This document shows positions 24,532 through 35,182 of a stretch of DNA of 64,000 nucleotides, in pieces (the stretch's first letter is position 1; each line of letters starts with the position of its first letter). Made by a program: the position numbers and the translations under genes. Under the pieces are notes generated by a model that saw only the letters and a program-made list of their open reading frames with translations, did no database searches and had not been told where the DNA came from. Origin of the DNA: a virus; IMG/VR virus record IMGVR_UViG_3300025728_000008, positions 32,001 to 96,000 of that record; one strand, given 5' to 3'.

Positions 24532-24585
24532 TTTTTGAATAAACCTGCCTTAGAACAAATGTTCATAGGTGGGATTATTCAAAAA
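24532..24585 (+). other. Long intergenic hairpin, third copy of the type
   Basis: 11-bp outer stem, inner stem with G-U pairs, begins after TAA stop. Confidence 0.65.
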
Positions 24586-24622
24586 ATTATTCGCAAAAAA
24601 ATAAAAAAATTCTTTTTTAAAA

Positions 24623-24651
24623 GAAGGAATCTTTTCACTTTTGGCGAATAT
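24623..24651 (+). promoter_or_regulatory. sigmaH-consensus promoter P4
   Basis: gaAGGAatc-...-gcGAATat, N17. Confidence 0.75.
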
Positions 24652-24697
24652 AGTATAGTAAGAACAAAAAATAATTATTTAAAAGGGGAAATGACAA

Positions 24698-25066
24698 ATG
24701 ATTAAACAAGTAAATGAAACGGTTAACCCACTTGCAAGATTCAGCGCTTTAAATGAAGATGTTAAAATTTATGTTCCTTCTACTGTTAGTGTATCGCATG
24801 AAGTTGACAATTCAACATTTGTAAAATATGTAGAAACTCAACTTTCTCAAGTATTTGGTGGTTGTACTACTTATTCAGCAAATGGAAACTATGTATCAAA
24901 TGATGGACATCTCATATCTGAAAAAGTGAATATAGTTCAAGCCTTTACAACTGAATTGCAAAATGAAGATATAGAAAAAGCAATTCAAATATGTGAATAT
25001 CTAAAACATGAGATGTCACAAGAATGTGTTTCTTTAGAAGTCAAGGGAAAATTATACTTTATCTAA
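24698..25066 (+). CDS. Hypothetical protein, possibly ferredoxin-like fold (DUF3574-like)
   Basis: FGGCT..G.YVS.DG.LISE pattern; family call tentative. Confidence 0.5.
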   Translation: MIKQVNETVNPLARFSALNEDVKIYVPSTVSVSHEVDNSTFVKYVETQLSQVFGGCTTYSANGNYVSNDGHLISEKVNIVQAFTTELQNEDIEKAIQICEYLKHEMSQECVSLEVKGKLYFI

Positions 25067-25099
25067 ACATAAAAAATAATTATTTATTTTTTCGAGAAA

Positions 25100-25128
25100 G
25101 AAGGAATCTTTCTTTCTTTCTCGAATAT
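25100..25128 (+). promoter_or_regulatory. sigmaH-consensus promoter P5
   Basis: gaAGGAatc-...-tcGAATat, N17. Confidence 0.75.
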
Positions 25129-25174
25129 AGTATAGTAAGACAAAAAAAATAACCGTATAAAGGGGAAATGTTCT

Positions 25175-26164
25175 ATGAAAAAAGTATCTAAATTAGTTGC
25201 TAAAATTGGTCTTGTTATTGCAATGTTTGGTAGTGGGTTCGCTGTAAACGAAATGATTCATGACAATGAGGTTCAAGCGCAAAAAGCAATTTCTACACCA
25301 GTTCAAGACATGGCAAAAGAAGAAGGGTTCAACATTGCTACTATTCCGAGTGATAAAGACAACATTTTCACACAATATTTTACAATCAAAAAAGTTTGGG
25401 ATAACGTTGTTGAAGCTGAAAATACATTCTATAAATACGATATAGTTTTCTTAGAAAAGACAGATTTTGACAATGTTGAATTGAAAGAAGGCGTGAAAAT
25501 TGCGGTTACTTATAATCATGATACAGTTGTAACAGTCACAAAAGCCGAACAAGAGCCACAAAAGAAAGAAGATACACCGCCACCAGTTGAACAAGTAAAA
25601 CCCGTCACACAAGAAAAACAAGTCGCTAAACCAATTGCAAAAGTTGACAATGTAACAACTGAAAAACCTGTCAAAAAAGAGGTAAAACAAGATAAACCAA
25701 AAAATGACAAAAAGCAAGTAGCACAAGAAAAGCCACAAGTCAAGACTGAAAAACCTGTCCAAAATCAGACTAAAGAACAAGCTAAACCAATTGTAAAACC
25801 CGAACAAAAAGAGCAAAAGAAACAAAATGATTCGTTTATTGAAAAAGATGAAAAACGTGCAAATTCGACAAAAGAATACATTATAACAGAGAATACACAA
25901 AACCAATTGATTCATGCAGAAAATGGAAATGAAAAGTATTTGTTAGAAAATGACAATTACAAAAAAGGTGACAAAATTAAAGTAACATTTGGTGACAGTG
26001 GTTATCATGATGACATCAAGAAACAAGAAAAGGTAATGAGTGATGAAGATAAAGCCTACAAAGATGCATTTGAGGAAAACGCAAAAACTGACATAAATCG
26101 TAATAACCCTAATTACGTACAAACCGAGGACGGTTCATTTGTACCGAAAAATTTCTGGAATTGA
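25175..26164 (+). CDS. Secreted or membrane-anchored protein with K/P/Q/E-rich linker
   Basis: N-terminal signal/TM segment; two similar small domains (AEN...LE...K.G.KI.VT) separated by low-complexity linker. Confidence 0.75.
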   Translation: MKKVSKLVAKIGLVIAMFGSGFAVNEMIHDNEVQAQKAISTPVQDMAKEEGFNIATIPSDKDNIFTQYFTIKKVWDNVVEAENTFYKYDIVFLEKTDFDNVELKEGVKIAVTYNHDTVVTVTKAEQEPQKKEDTPPPVEQVKPVTQEKQVAKPIAKVDNVTTEKPVKKEVKQDKPKNDKKQVAQEKPQVKTEKPVQNQTKEQAKPIVKPEQKEQKKQNDSFIEKDEKRANSTKEYIITENTQNQLIHAENGNEKYLLENDNYKKGDKIKVTFGDSGYHDDIKKQEKVMSDEDKAYKDAFEENAKTDINRNNPNYVQTEDGSFVPKNFWN

Positions 26165-26167
26165 TTC

Positions 26168-26200
26168 ACACAATTGTAACTTTTGCATAGAATACAGTAA
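26168..26200 (+). promoter_or_regulatory. sigmaK-like promoter
   Basis: AC-N16-CATAgaaT. Confidence 0.55.
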
Positions 26201-26250
26201 GAACAAAAAATAATGATATAAAATAAAAAATGAAAAGGTGGAATATTAAT

Positions 26251-27540
26251 ATGAAAACTCTTAAAAATGGCGTTCAAGTTGTGGAAAATGGATTGAAAGC
26301 AGATTTCGAAAAAACTCAAAATATGTTAGAAGAAAATGCATATACAGAAATATTTGATGCAGAATCAGCATTCGAGGACAGACCACAAAACAATTTTGAA
26401 AAAACTTACATTGTTAAAATTGAACGTCAAGAGGACTTCATGTTATTTACAAGAATGTTAACAAATGAATCAAACTGTATTGATAAAGAACGTAGTGTAG
26501 AATTATCAGAAAACCAACAATTGTATTATGCGGATAGAATCACAACGGATAAATTCCGTGAAAATCGTGATGAAATAAACGAACGTTTCAAAAATAAAAC
26601 ATGTGATTGCAAACCGTGTAATTTCAGAAAACCAACTTATGAAGAATGGCAAACGGGGAAATATGAAGGTAGAACAAAAATTAATAAAATTCTTAAAAGA
26701 AATGGATTCTCACAAGATGTACTTGATTACTATTCTTTACAAATCAAAGAAGAAAGTACAAAATGTATAACAATTTCATCTTTACCACAATTTATAGCAG
26801 GTATGTCCTACTGGTGCGAATTAGGCGAATGGGATGGTTACAGAGGTTCAAGTTGTCAAGATTTAAGACATGATGATGAAGATTATGCACTAAATATTGG
26901 TGGCGCTTTACATGATGACAAATTATTTATAGCAATGATGCATGAGAGCGTTGAAGATTTTGAAGATTTTACGGATAAAATGATTGCTAGAACTTTAATG
27001 AGATATGTCATAATTAATGGAGAACCTGCCTTAATTTCTTGTCAATATTATGGAAATAATACTACAAAAAATGAACTTGATAACGCAATGAACAAATTAA
27101 ATGAAGTGGGTATATTTGGAAGAAATATAACACGACAACGCTATGATGAGAATGGAAACAGCATCCGAGACAATGTAACAATTCATGAAGAAAGCGCAAA
27201 TGGAAAATATGAATATAGCGTTATTGATGAAGTAGACATAAACGAAACAATTGAGGAAACAGTGGATATTGATTGCCCTATGTGTAGTGGCTCTGGAAAG
27301 TATGAAGTATTTTCTCATAGAATTGATTCACATATAGAAATTGATTGTCCTATGTGTGGCGGTGGTGGTGAATATTCAGTATATGTATATGAAGAAATAG
27401 AAGTAAGTGAAGAAGTTGAAGGAACTAAAGAAATTCTTCCATACGTTGAAGGATACGACCACAATAGAGACAGAATAAAAATTGAAATTAATATGACACT
27501 TTTAGAAGAAGTCAGAAATTCATTTAAAGTTATTGCTTAA
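26251..27540 (+). CDS. Hypothetical protein with C-terminal DnaJ-type zinc finger
   Basis: Two CPMCxGxG motifs; RBS AAGGTGG. Confidence 0.75.
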   Translation: MKTLKNGVQVVENGLKADFEKTQNMLEENAYTEIFDAESAFEDRPQNNFEKTYIVKIERQEDFMLFTRMLTNESNCIDKERSVELSENQQLYYADRITTDKFRENRDEINERFKNKTCDCKPCNFRKPTYEEWQTGKYEGRTKINKILKRNGFSQDVLDYYSLQIKEESTKCITISSLPQFIAGMSYWCELGEWDGYRGSSCQDLRHDDEDYALNIGGALHDDKLFIAMMHESVEDFEDFTDKMIARTLMRYVIINGEPALISCQYYGNNTTKNELDNAMNKLNEVGIFGRNITRQRYDENGNSIRDNVTIHEESANGKYEYSVIDEVDINETIEETVDIDCPMCSGSGKYEVFSHRIDSHIEIDCPMCGGGGEYSVYVYEEIEVSEEVEGTKEILPYVEGYDHNRDRIKIEINMTLLEEVRNSFKVIA

Positions 27541-27558
27541 TTGCAATAGCTTTTTTTT
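27529..27558 (+). terminator. Rho-independent terminator
   Basis: gttattgc/gcaatagc stem plus T8. Confidence 0.8.
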
Positions 27559-27559
27559 A

Positions 27560-29700
27560 TGTTCTATATTCAATTAGGGGTATATTCAAATATTTAAATA
27601 ATCGTGCTCTCGATTTTGTTCGATTTCAGCGCAATAAATTAGTATATTCAAATTTTACAATATATGGATCAGATTTTATAGTCAATATACGGTATATTCG
27701 GATAAAACGATATAGTCATTTCGAAATATCGTTAGATTTAAATTTCTGGATATGGTTTAAATTTTGAATCACAAAAAAAATTATTTGTCAACTTTTTTAT
27801 TTGTCAAGACTTTTCTATATGCGAAATGTACGATATTTGCGAGATGCGGTTTTAAGAGACTACCTAATACAAATATACGTTGAGCATTTATTTCTCCTGA
27901 CAAGCGAAAATAAGAGCCTTAAATAAAACATCTAATAATACTAATATACGTATAACCTTTCTATATTAAAGATATTGAATAATGATTTAATAAAGGTTGC
28001 TAACACATAAAAGCGAATATGTCAAACTTAATTAATAGCTACTTACTTTTAGTAGTAACACTTTGTATATACGTTTCTGATATACATCTTATTATTGCAA
28101 TGTATAATACAGTTCTTATATTCGATAAATAGGATAAACGAATATAAACAAAGTCGAATATACATTCTTATATCGCAATTAATAAACATAAAAGGAAACC
28201 TCATTTAACTTTTATTATTAACTTACTTTTAGTAATCCAATATAGAAACCATATTTACTTTCCTATTATAGATTCGATATACAAAAGTAATTAGGTTATT
28301 GAATTACATTATATTCCCTAATTATAAGCTACTATTATAAAGGATATTACTTACTTTATTATAGTAATAATACGAATAGTAAGTTATGGATATTAAATAA
28401 GGATATGAATATAAATAAGGTAATACAATATAGTATATAGATTACATATAGTAAGTGAATAATAAGAAGTAATTATATAAACTAATAATAGTAACTAATA
28501 TATAATAAGTATATAACATATAGTAATGTAATGCATATAAGTAATATGATATGTAATGTATAGTAATGTATATGATATAAGTATATGATTAATAGTAATG
28601 TAATAACTAATAGTAAGTAATAGTAATAACATAAGTAATATACTTAATATACATAACTAATATATAATACAATACTAATAGTATATATAGTACTAACATA
28701 TGTATAGTAACATATAATAAATAAGTATATAACATAACATATATAACTAATATATAATATATATAATAATATATAATAAGTATAATATAATAAGTAATGT
28801 ACTAACATAATGTAAGTAAAGTATATAACATAAGTAAGTAAGATAATGTAATAAGATAAAGTAATATTAGTAAACTGTAAATGTGAATAACAAATGATAA
28901 TCGTAATATCTCAAATGGTGAATATAAATAAATCGAGAATATGGAATATAGGAAATGTGGGATATTTATAAAATTGGATATTGTGGTGAATTTCTGAATA
29001 TGGTGAATGTGGATTATTGGATATTTCAATATGTGGATTTATGGAATTTGGGTTTGTGGGATTTTGGGGAAAATCATATTTACATATTTATATGTAGTGA
29101 ATCTGTAGTTTCGCCACTCAATATAAGATTGTATGCGTGTAGGAATCGCAAATAATTATCAATGTAAGCAACCCCGAAAATACGAATATTACAAGCGAAA
29201 ATGAGGACGAACATTCGTATCAAATAAATTATAAAATGTTCGTATTAGGGGAATGAATCAAAAAGGACAGTCAAACAAGCAACCCAACTACATGACATAC
29301 TAAATTGTTTCTAAAGATAACATAATTAATCTTATGGGGGTACTTTCTACCAAAACACTTGACGGATTCCCTCCAAAACCCTATAGCACTTCTTCCCTGC
29401 TACTCAGAGAAAATTGGAACGTACACGTGCTAAATCCGAACATTCGCCAATTTTTGTCCCACAAAATTCATGTAAAATCTTGTCCAAAACAACCTTAAAT
29501 TTCACCCACAAAATCATCAATTTCATACGTTATTTCACACGCTATATTATCGTCTATAAAGGGAACAATCCCGTACACGTATTCGTATGTGCAGGGGAGG
29601 GGGTATCTTCCGACCTTTTGTATATAATTCACTATATACCGTATACAGAGGATATAAATGAGCATAAAAAAAAGACACTATCTACCGTATGTAGAAGTGT
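27560..29700. repeat. Long non-coding low-complexity block, candidate terminus/packaging region
   Basis: ATATTC/GAATAT motifs, ACTTACTTTT repeats, TAATA/AGTAA simple repeats ~28400-28880, G-skewed then C-skewed segments, G-runs near 29336 and 29594. Confidence 0.7.
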
Positions 29701-29711
29701 CAATTCTCGTG

Positions 29712-31589
29712 CTATTTCTTTATATAATCAATTACTTCTGTTTTGTATCCTTTATCCGTGAGACCTTTCATAATCCAACTAATAACATTGAAATCTAATC
29801 CTGTAATATCTTTTGCTTGATTAATATGATTTGTAGTTTTGATTCCACCTTCAAGCATATCATAGTAAAACAAATTCTTATCTATACGAATTACTTTAAT
29901 TTTCTTGTTCATTTTTATCTTCTTCCTTCAACGATTCTTTAGCCCACAAGTATCCAGTTTCGATATTTGTAATAGCAATTGATTTCTCTCTTCCATTCGG
30001 ACATAATAGACCAACCATAAAAATTAAATTCTTATATGCTTCTTTTAACATCTGTTCTTTATTCTCCATCATTAGCCACCCTTTTAATAAACATTTCCAT
30101 TTCTTCTGCTGACATATATTTTACGTATTTCATATTACCTTGTTCGTCTTTTTTAATGAAATCAACTTTACTTATTAATGAATCAAAATGTTCTTTCACA
30201 CCAAGACCCAATCCAGTTGTATCAATAATTACTTGATTTGGTTGATTATGTACAACGAGACTAATCAGAGATAATACAGCATCTTTTGTATTTTGTTCAC
30301 TATTGATACTCCAAGCACCAATGTATGTACCTTTTTTAATATCCATATTAAATACTTTCAAACAGTTTCTATAACAATCAACAAAAAATAATTTCATATT
30401 ATTCATTCTCCTTATAATAAATGTTTTGTAATTCTTTTGACAAATACTCAATACAATGTGTATGACCCGAAAACATACGTTCTTTACCATTATCATCTAC
30501 AAGATTAATTGCTGACCGTTCTTCATCTTGATTCAACATTCTAAAACACTTATCACACATTAAGTCTACATATAAAGGTTTTCTTTGCATATTATTCAAT
30601 CCTTCCGTGACCATCAATATAATTTAACATTGCTTCTGCAAGTGCTTTTTCTAAATCCGTATTAATACCTCTTGCTGATTTATCTAATTGTAAATTTCTT
30701 ATTACAACTTCACATAACCCACCTGCATCTGACATTATATGTATTGAAAAACCTCTTTCAACTAATACTCTCATCATTTGGTTCATCATATAAATCACTC
30801 CTTATTTTTTTAATGATTTAACAACAAACTCTAACCAACCCAACGCCCACTTTGGATATTCAATCCAACCTGCAATATAGCCATCTCTGATTGAGAAGTC
30901 CCAAAATCCAGTCCATTCTTTTGCTTTAACAACAGCAAAGGTATACATACCTGCACCGATAAGCAAATAGAATCCTAATACCCATAATAAAAATGACATC
31001 CCATTATCTCCTTTTATTCAAGAATAAGGCAGGGAATAATCCCTACCTCAAGTTTATTTATTTTCTTCTTTCCACTCATTGATTCCTCTAACACCGATAC
31101 GTCTTAAAAGATTTTGGTCTTGACCTACTCCTAATGTCAATCCTTCAATTGGTTCTGCACTTACAATTTCAAATTCTAATTCAAACCCATTAGTTTTAAC
31201 ATTATAAATATTAACTTCTTGTGGCAACCCTAAAAGCTCTTTCAATTCTTCAAGATAAACAACTACTGGTCTTCGTCCTAACATAGTATCAATCCCCTTT
31301 TATTCTAGAATAAATCTTTTAACTTTTGAGTGATACGGTTATTCTTTTCAATCTGTTCTTTTGCTTTGTCAATATCTGATTCTGCTTTAATGATTACTTC
31401 TTCTGCTTCATGAATAAGTTCATGTAAATTTTCTGTCTTCTTTGCTACACCATCAAACACACGTTTGAATGAATCAACTAAACCATCAACCTCTTGCCCA
31501 ATACTTTCAATCTTTCCATCACGGTCTAAATCAACTGGCGCTTGTTTATTCAACAATTTATCTAACCATTTCATAATATCATCCTCCAA
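29712..31589 (-). other. Cluster of about 8 small hypothetical genes
   Basis: Overlapping or abutting minus-strand ORFs with RBS. Confidence 0.7.
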
Positions 31590-31636
31590 GTTTTATTAGT
31601 TTATAAGTTTAAGGGGCTTGAGCGCCCCATTATGTA

Positions 31637-32494
31637 TTACTTGTCTGTCCAAAGGTCACAATCACAATCAGCAGGATGTGAGCCACATTTGCATTGTACA
31701 ATATCTTCTGCTTGACCTTCATTTGTGTCATCTGCATTTAAATTTCCTTTTGTATAAGGTAAAGCACCTTCAACACTAATATTGATTCCTTCTTCTGTTG
31801 CTTTTAAATCTTTGCCAATGATGATTAATCCTTCTGTGCTGATTTCTGGATTACGTCCATACATTAAACCAGTTACATAGTTTGCTAATTCTTGAGGATT
31901 TACTTCTTTGATTAATCCACGTTCGATTGAATCAAGATATCCATCATATGGTAATGATACACGAGTGTAATCTTCTTCTTCTAATAACTGATGCCCAACG
32001 AATACTACTGACATTAAATCAATTTCTTCTTCTAATTTGTTATTGCAAGCATATGCATATGAAACTTCTCCGTTTAATACTTGACGTACTACACGTACAT
32101 TGAAATCAATCTGTGGCTTGTTGCCTTTTAAGATATGAATATTTTCAAAGAAATCTACATGACCCTCAAATTCTCCAAGGTCTTTTGGATAGAATGCTGT
32201 TCCTGTTTTAACACGTTCAAGTTTTTTATTTAATTCATGGAAGACTAATGTTCCATCTTCTAATAATTCAATCTCGTAATCTAATCCGTTTTTACCTGCA
32301 AATACATCTCCATTGTATACTGGCGTTTCGTCTAACTCTCCTAAATAATGCAAAGGTACTGCTTCATCGAATGTAACTGTAACATGTGTTTCTTCTTCTG
32401 TTTCAATCGTGTATGTCTTTTTTAGTAAACTTAATTCTACGATATTACCAACTGTATTTTGTTCTTTACTATAAATTAAAATGTCATTAAACAT
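31637..32494 (-). CDS. Hypothetical acidic protein, possible YopX-like N-terminus
   Basis: VYNGDVF resembles the YopX IYEGDIV motif; own promoter. Confidence 0.55.
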   Translation of the reverse strand: MFNDILIYSKEQNTVGNIVELSLLKKTYTIETEEETHVTVTFDEAVPLHYLGELDETPVYNGDVFAGKNGLDYEIELLEDGTLVFHELNKKLERVKTGTAFYPKDLGEFEGHVDFFENIHILKGNKPQIDFNVRVVRQVLNGEVSYAYACNNKLEEEIDLMSVVFVGHQLLEEEDYTRVSLPYDGYLDSIERGLIKEVNPQELANYVTGLMYGRNPEISTEGLIIIGKDLKATEEGINISVEGALPYTKGNLNADDTNEGQAEDIVQCKCGSHPADCDCDLWTDK

Positions 32495-32620
32495 ATAATC
32501 ATCCTCGTTTCATTTTGTATTTGTGTTGCTAACTTATAATATTATTATATCATTATATTTAGCGTTTGTCAACAATATATGTTACATTATTTAAAATTAT
32601 TTTTAGTAGGTTGAAATTAA

Positions 32621-34954
32621 TCAACCCACTAATTGTTCTGGATATTCTGTTACAAGATTATCAAGTAGTCCATCCCAATCTGGATTACCATCATAAGCTT
32701 TAAGCATTTCTTGTAAGAAACTTCTACGTTCCATATTTGCAAATTTCCCGATACCATAATTTACTGCTTCTGCTTGACCTAATGTTAATAGGAATTTTTG
32801 AGCACGTGACTTGCCTGTGTAGATTAGGTTTGCATTTAATTGATATTTCATAGACTTGTCAATTACAACAATTACTACTTTATATTGAGACCCCTGTGAC
32901 TTATGGATAGTCATAGCCCACGAATGGATTAATGTTGACTTAGCATCTTCAAATTTCAATTTAACTACGATACCTTCAAAGTCTACAATGATATATTTAT
33001 CTTTCTCATTGATAGTTGTAATCTTTCCTGTGTCACCATTAAATACATCTGCTGTACCTTCACCTGTATCTTCTTTATCTAAATCTCCATTAAGGATATC
33101 ATCTAGTGTTAGTTTGTCATCGAATAAGTCATTTACTACAGGTACTTTGTACATATTAACAGTGTTCATAACTGAATCACCTACACGGAAAATTGTTTCA
33201 TCATCTTCTCTACCAAACACAAGTTCGTCTTTCAATGGAGACTCTGGATTAATAATCTCTTGAATTGCTTCATTGATTGCATGAGTTCCAAGTTTTCCTT
33301 TTTTAGTAGGAGATAAAACAATAACATCTTCTGGGTCAAATCGTTTAATAACATTTTTATAATGATGCAGGATTCCATCAAATACATAATCTTGGTCTAC
33401 TAAATGATACACACAATCAGTACCATAAACTTTACGTCCTTCAAGATTATTGTCAAAGAATTTTCTACCATGACGAATATCTGTTGTTCTATCTAGAATG
33501 CCACCATTTTTTTGACGGAATACTTTTTTAAGTTTAGAAACTTTAACACAACCACTATTGATTGCATCATATAAGAAATTCCCTACTCCAACGGATGGTA
33601 ACTGGAAATCATCTCCAACAAATAAGATACGAGTGTTATAGTTTGAGATTGCACCGAAAAGTTTAGCAAGGATGAAAATGTCACACATTGAAGACTCATC
33701 TATAATAATAACATCTTCTTGGATAAAGAAACTTGCATCTCCATCATCATCAAATGAGCCAATCTTTCTATGAATAGTACTAGCTTCTCTTCCAGTATAG
33801 CCTGTCATTACTTTTGATGCCTTTCCAGTTGGCGCAAGTAAAGCAGTTTTATAGTGTAGAGTGTCAATAAGTTCAAGTAGGATTCGTTGAAGCCAGCTTT
33901 TTCCCATGCCCCCTCCGCCAATTAATAACAGTAGGTTGTTCTCATTCCAATCATGGAAAAACTGTCTCTGATTCTCTTCTAGTTCTACTTCTTCTCTTTC
34001 ACAATAGTTATCTAGAAATGCTTCTAGTTCGTCTGTTTTGAATAACTTCTTTGACTGTGTTTTAAATTGGTTCATTTTCATTGCAACAAATTTTTCAGCT
34101 TTATAAACTTTCATAGTTGTATATCTGTCATCTACTCGTACAATGGATTCAGATGGTTCTGCTAGACGTTTTACAATAACCTTTTTAGAGATGTTTAAAA
34201 GCTCAACTGACTTGTTTAAAAGTTGTTTGCGTGTAATCCAAGAATGACCGTTACTATTCTCTCCACCAATAATAAATGCGAAACACGCATCTAGTCGAGG
34301 GTTTGCTTCCATGTCATATCCCATTGCTTTTGCAATAGCATCACATGTTTTGAATCCAACACCTTTAACCTTTGTTAATACATAAGGATTTTTTTCAATC
34401 GTTTCCATTACAAGTTGTGGATTCTTAAATTCTTTAATTAATTTATTTACCATATTATACTTGATGCCATGTTTTCCTAAGAAGACTAATAATTCGCTCA
34501 TTTCTAAATTCATTAAAACTTTTTCTTTCATCTTTTCAAATGTCTTATCTCCAAGACCTTTAACAATACTGTAATCAAATTCATCATTCTGAATCATGCC
34601 AATAACATCTTGCCCTTCATAAACAGCAAAGATGTTTTCTACTTGTGTTTCTGTAAGTATCATTTTGAAGAAGTTTTTTTGTTCATCAACTGATGTTGGT
34701 TTTTCTTGTTTAATGCTTTCTAATATGTATGACCCTGCGTATGTAGATTTATCATCTGGTTTAATTGTAACAGAATATTCTGTTCCTAAATCTAAGTTTG
34801 GTGCGATTCCTTTAAAGCTAATGTTTCCGTAGTTGTTTAATTTAACCTTATCAATATCTTCTGGATTAACATCACAAGCATAAATTCCAAAAGAGCTTTC
34901 TGAATCAAAAAACAATTGTCGTGTAGGTTTTACTTTCACTTCAACTTTTTCCAC
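32621..34954 (-). CDS. recD2: RecD2-like ATP-dependent SF1B DNA helicase
   Basis: HhH motifs, Walker A GGGGMGKS, IIDESSM, VGDDFQLPSVG, TIHKSQGSQY. Confidence 0.92.
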   Translation of the reverse strand: MEKVEVKVKPTRQLFFDSESSFGIYACDVNPEDIDKVKLNNYGNISFKGIAPNLDLGTEYSVTIKPDDKSTYAGSYILESIKQEKPTSVDEQKNFFKMILTETQVENIFAVYEGQDVIGMIQNDEFDYSIVKGLGDKTFEKMKEKVLMNLEMSELLVFLGKHGIKYNMVNKLIKEFKNPQLVMETIEKNPYVLTKVKGVGFKTCDAIAKAMGYDMEANPRLDACFAFIIGGENSNGHSWITRKQLLNKSVELLNISKKVIVKRLAEPSESIVRVDDRYTTMKVYKAEKFVAMKMNQFKTQSKKLFKTDELEAFLDNYCEREEVELEENQRQFFHDWNENNLLLLIGGGGMGKSWLQRILLELIDTLHYKTALLAPTGKASKVMTGYTGREASTIHRKIGSFDDDGDASFFIQEDVIIIDESSMCDIFILAKLFGAISNYNTRILFVGDDFQLPSVGVGNFLYDAINSGCVKVSKLKKVFRQKNGGILDRTTDIRHGRKFFDNNLEGRKVYGTDCVYHLVDQDYVFDGILHHYKNVIKRFDPEDVIVLSPTKKGKLGTHAINEAIQEIINPESPLKDELVFGREDDETIFRVGDSVMNTVNMYKVPVVNDLFDDKLTLDDILNGDLDKEDTGEGTADVFNGDTGKITTINEKDKYIIVDFEGIVVKLKFEDAKSTLIHSWAMTIHKSQGSQYKVVIVVIDKSMKYQLNANLIYTGKSRAQKFLLTLGQAEAVNYGIGKFANMERRSFLQEMLKAYDGNPDWDGLLDNLVTEYPEQLVG

Positions 34955-35182
34955 GTTATCCTCTCCTTTACTTTCATTATCATAATATTATTATATCATT
35001 ATTCTTTATTATTGTCAAGAAAATCTACTGTATACAAACCGTAAATTTCGGTACTAAATTAGTATATCATTATTTTTTACGTTGGTCAATAACTTTTTAA
35101 AATTTTTAGTATCAAAAGAAACTTTTAAACATATTGTGAAGTATAGGCAAAAGCACAAACAAATTTGAAAGGGGTTTTAAAT

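Noticed and set aside
1798-25128. CRISPR interpretation of the recurring repeats
   Set aside because: Repeats are separated by whole genes rather than 30-40 bp spacers, and no cas genes are visible
28802-29761. ORFs 28802-29029, 28955-29155, 29414-29761
   Set aside because: Products of simple-sequence bias, no RBS
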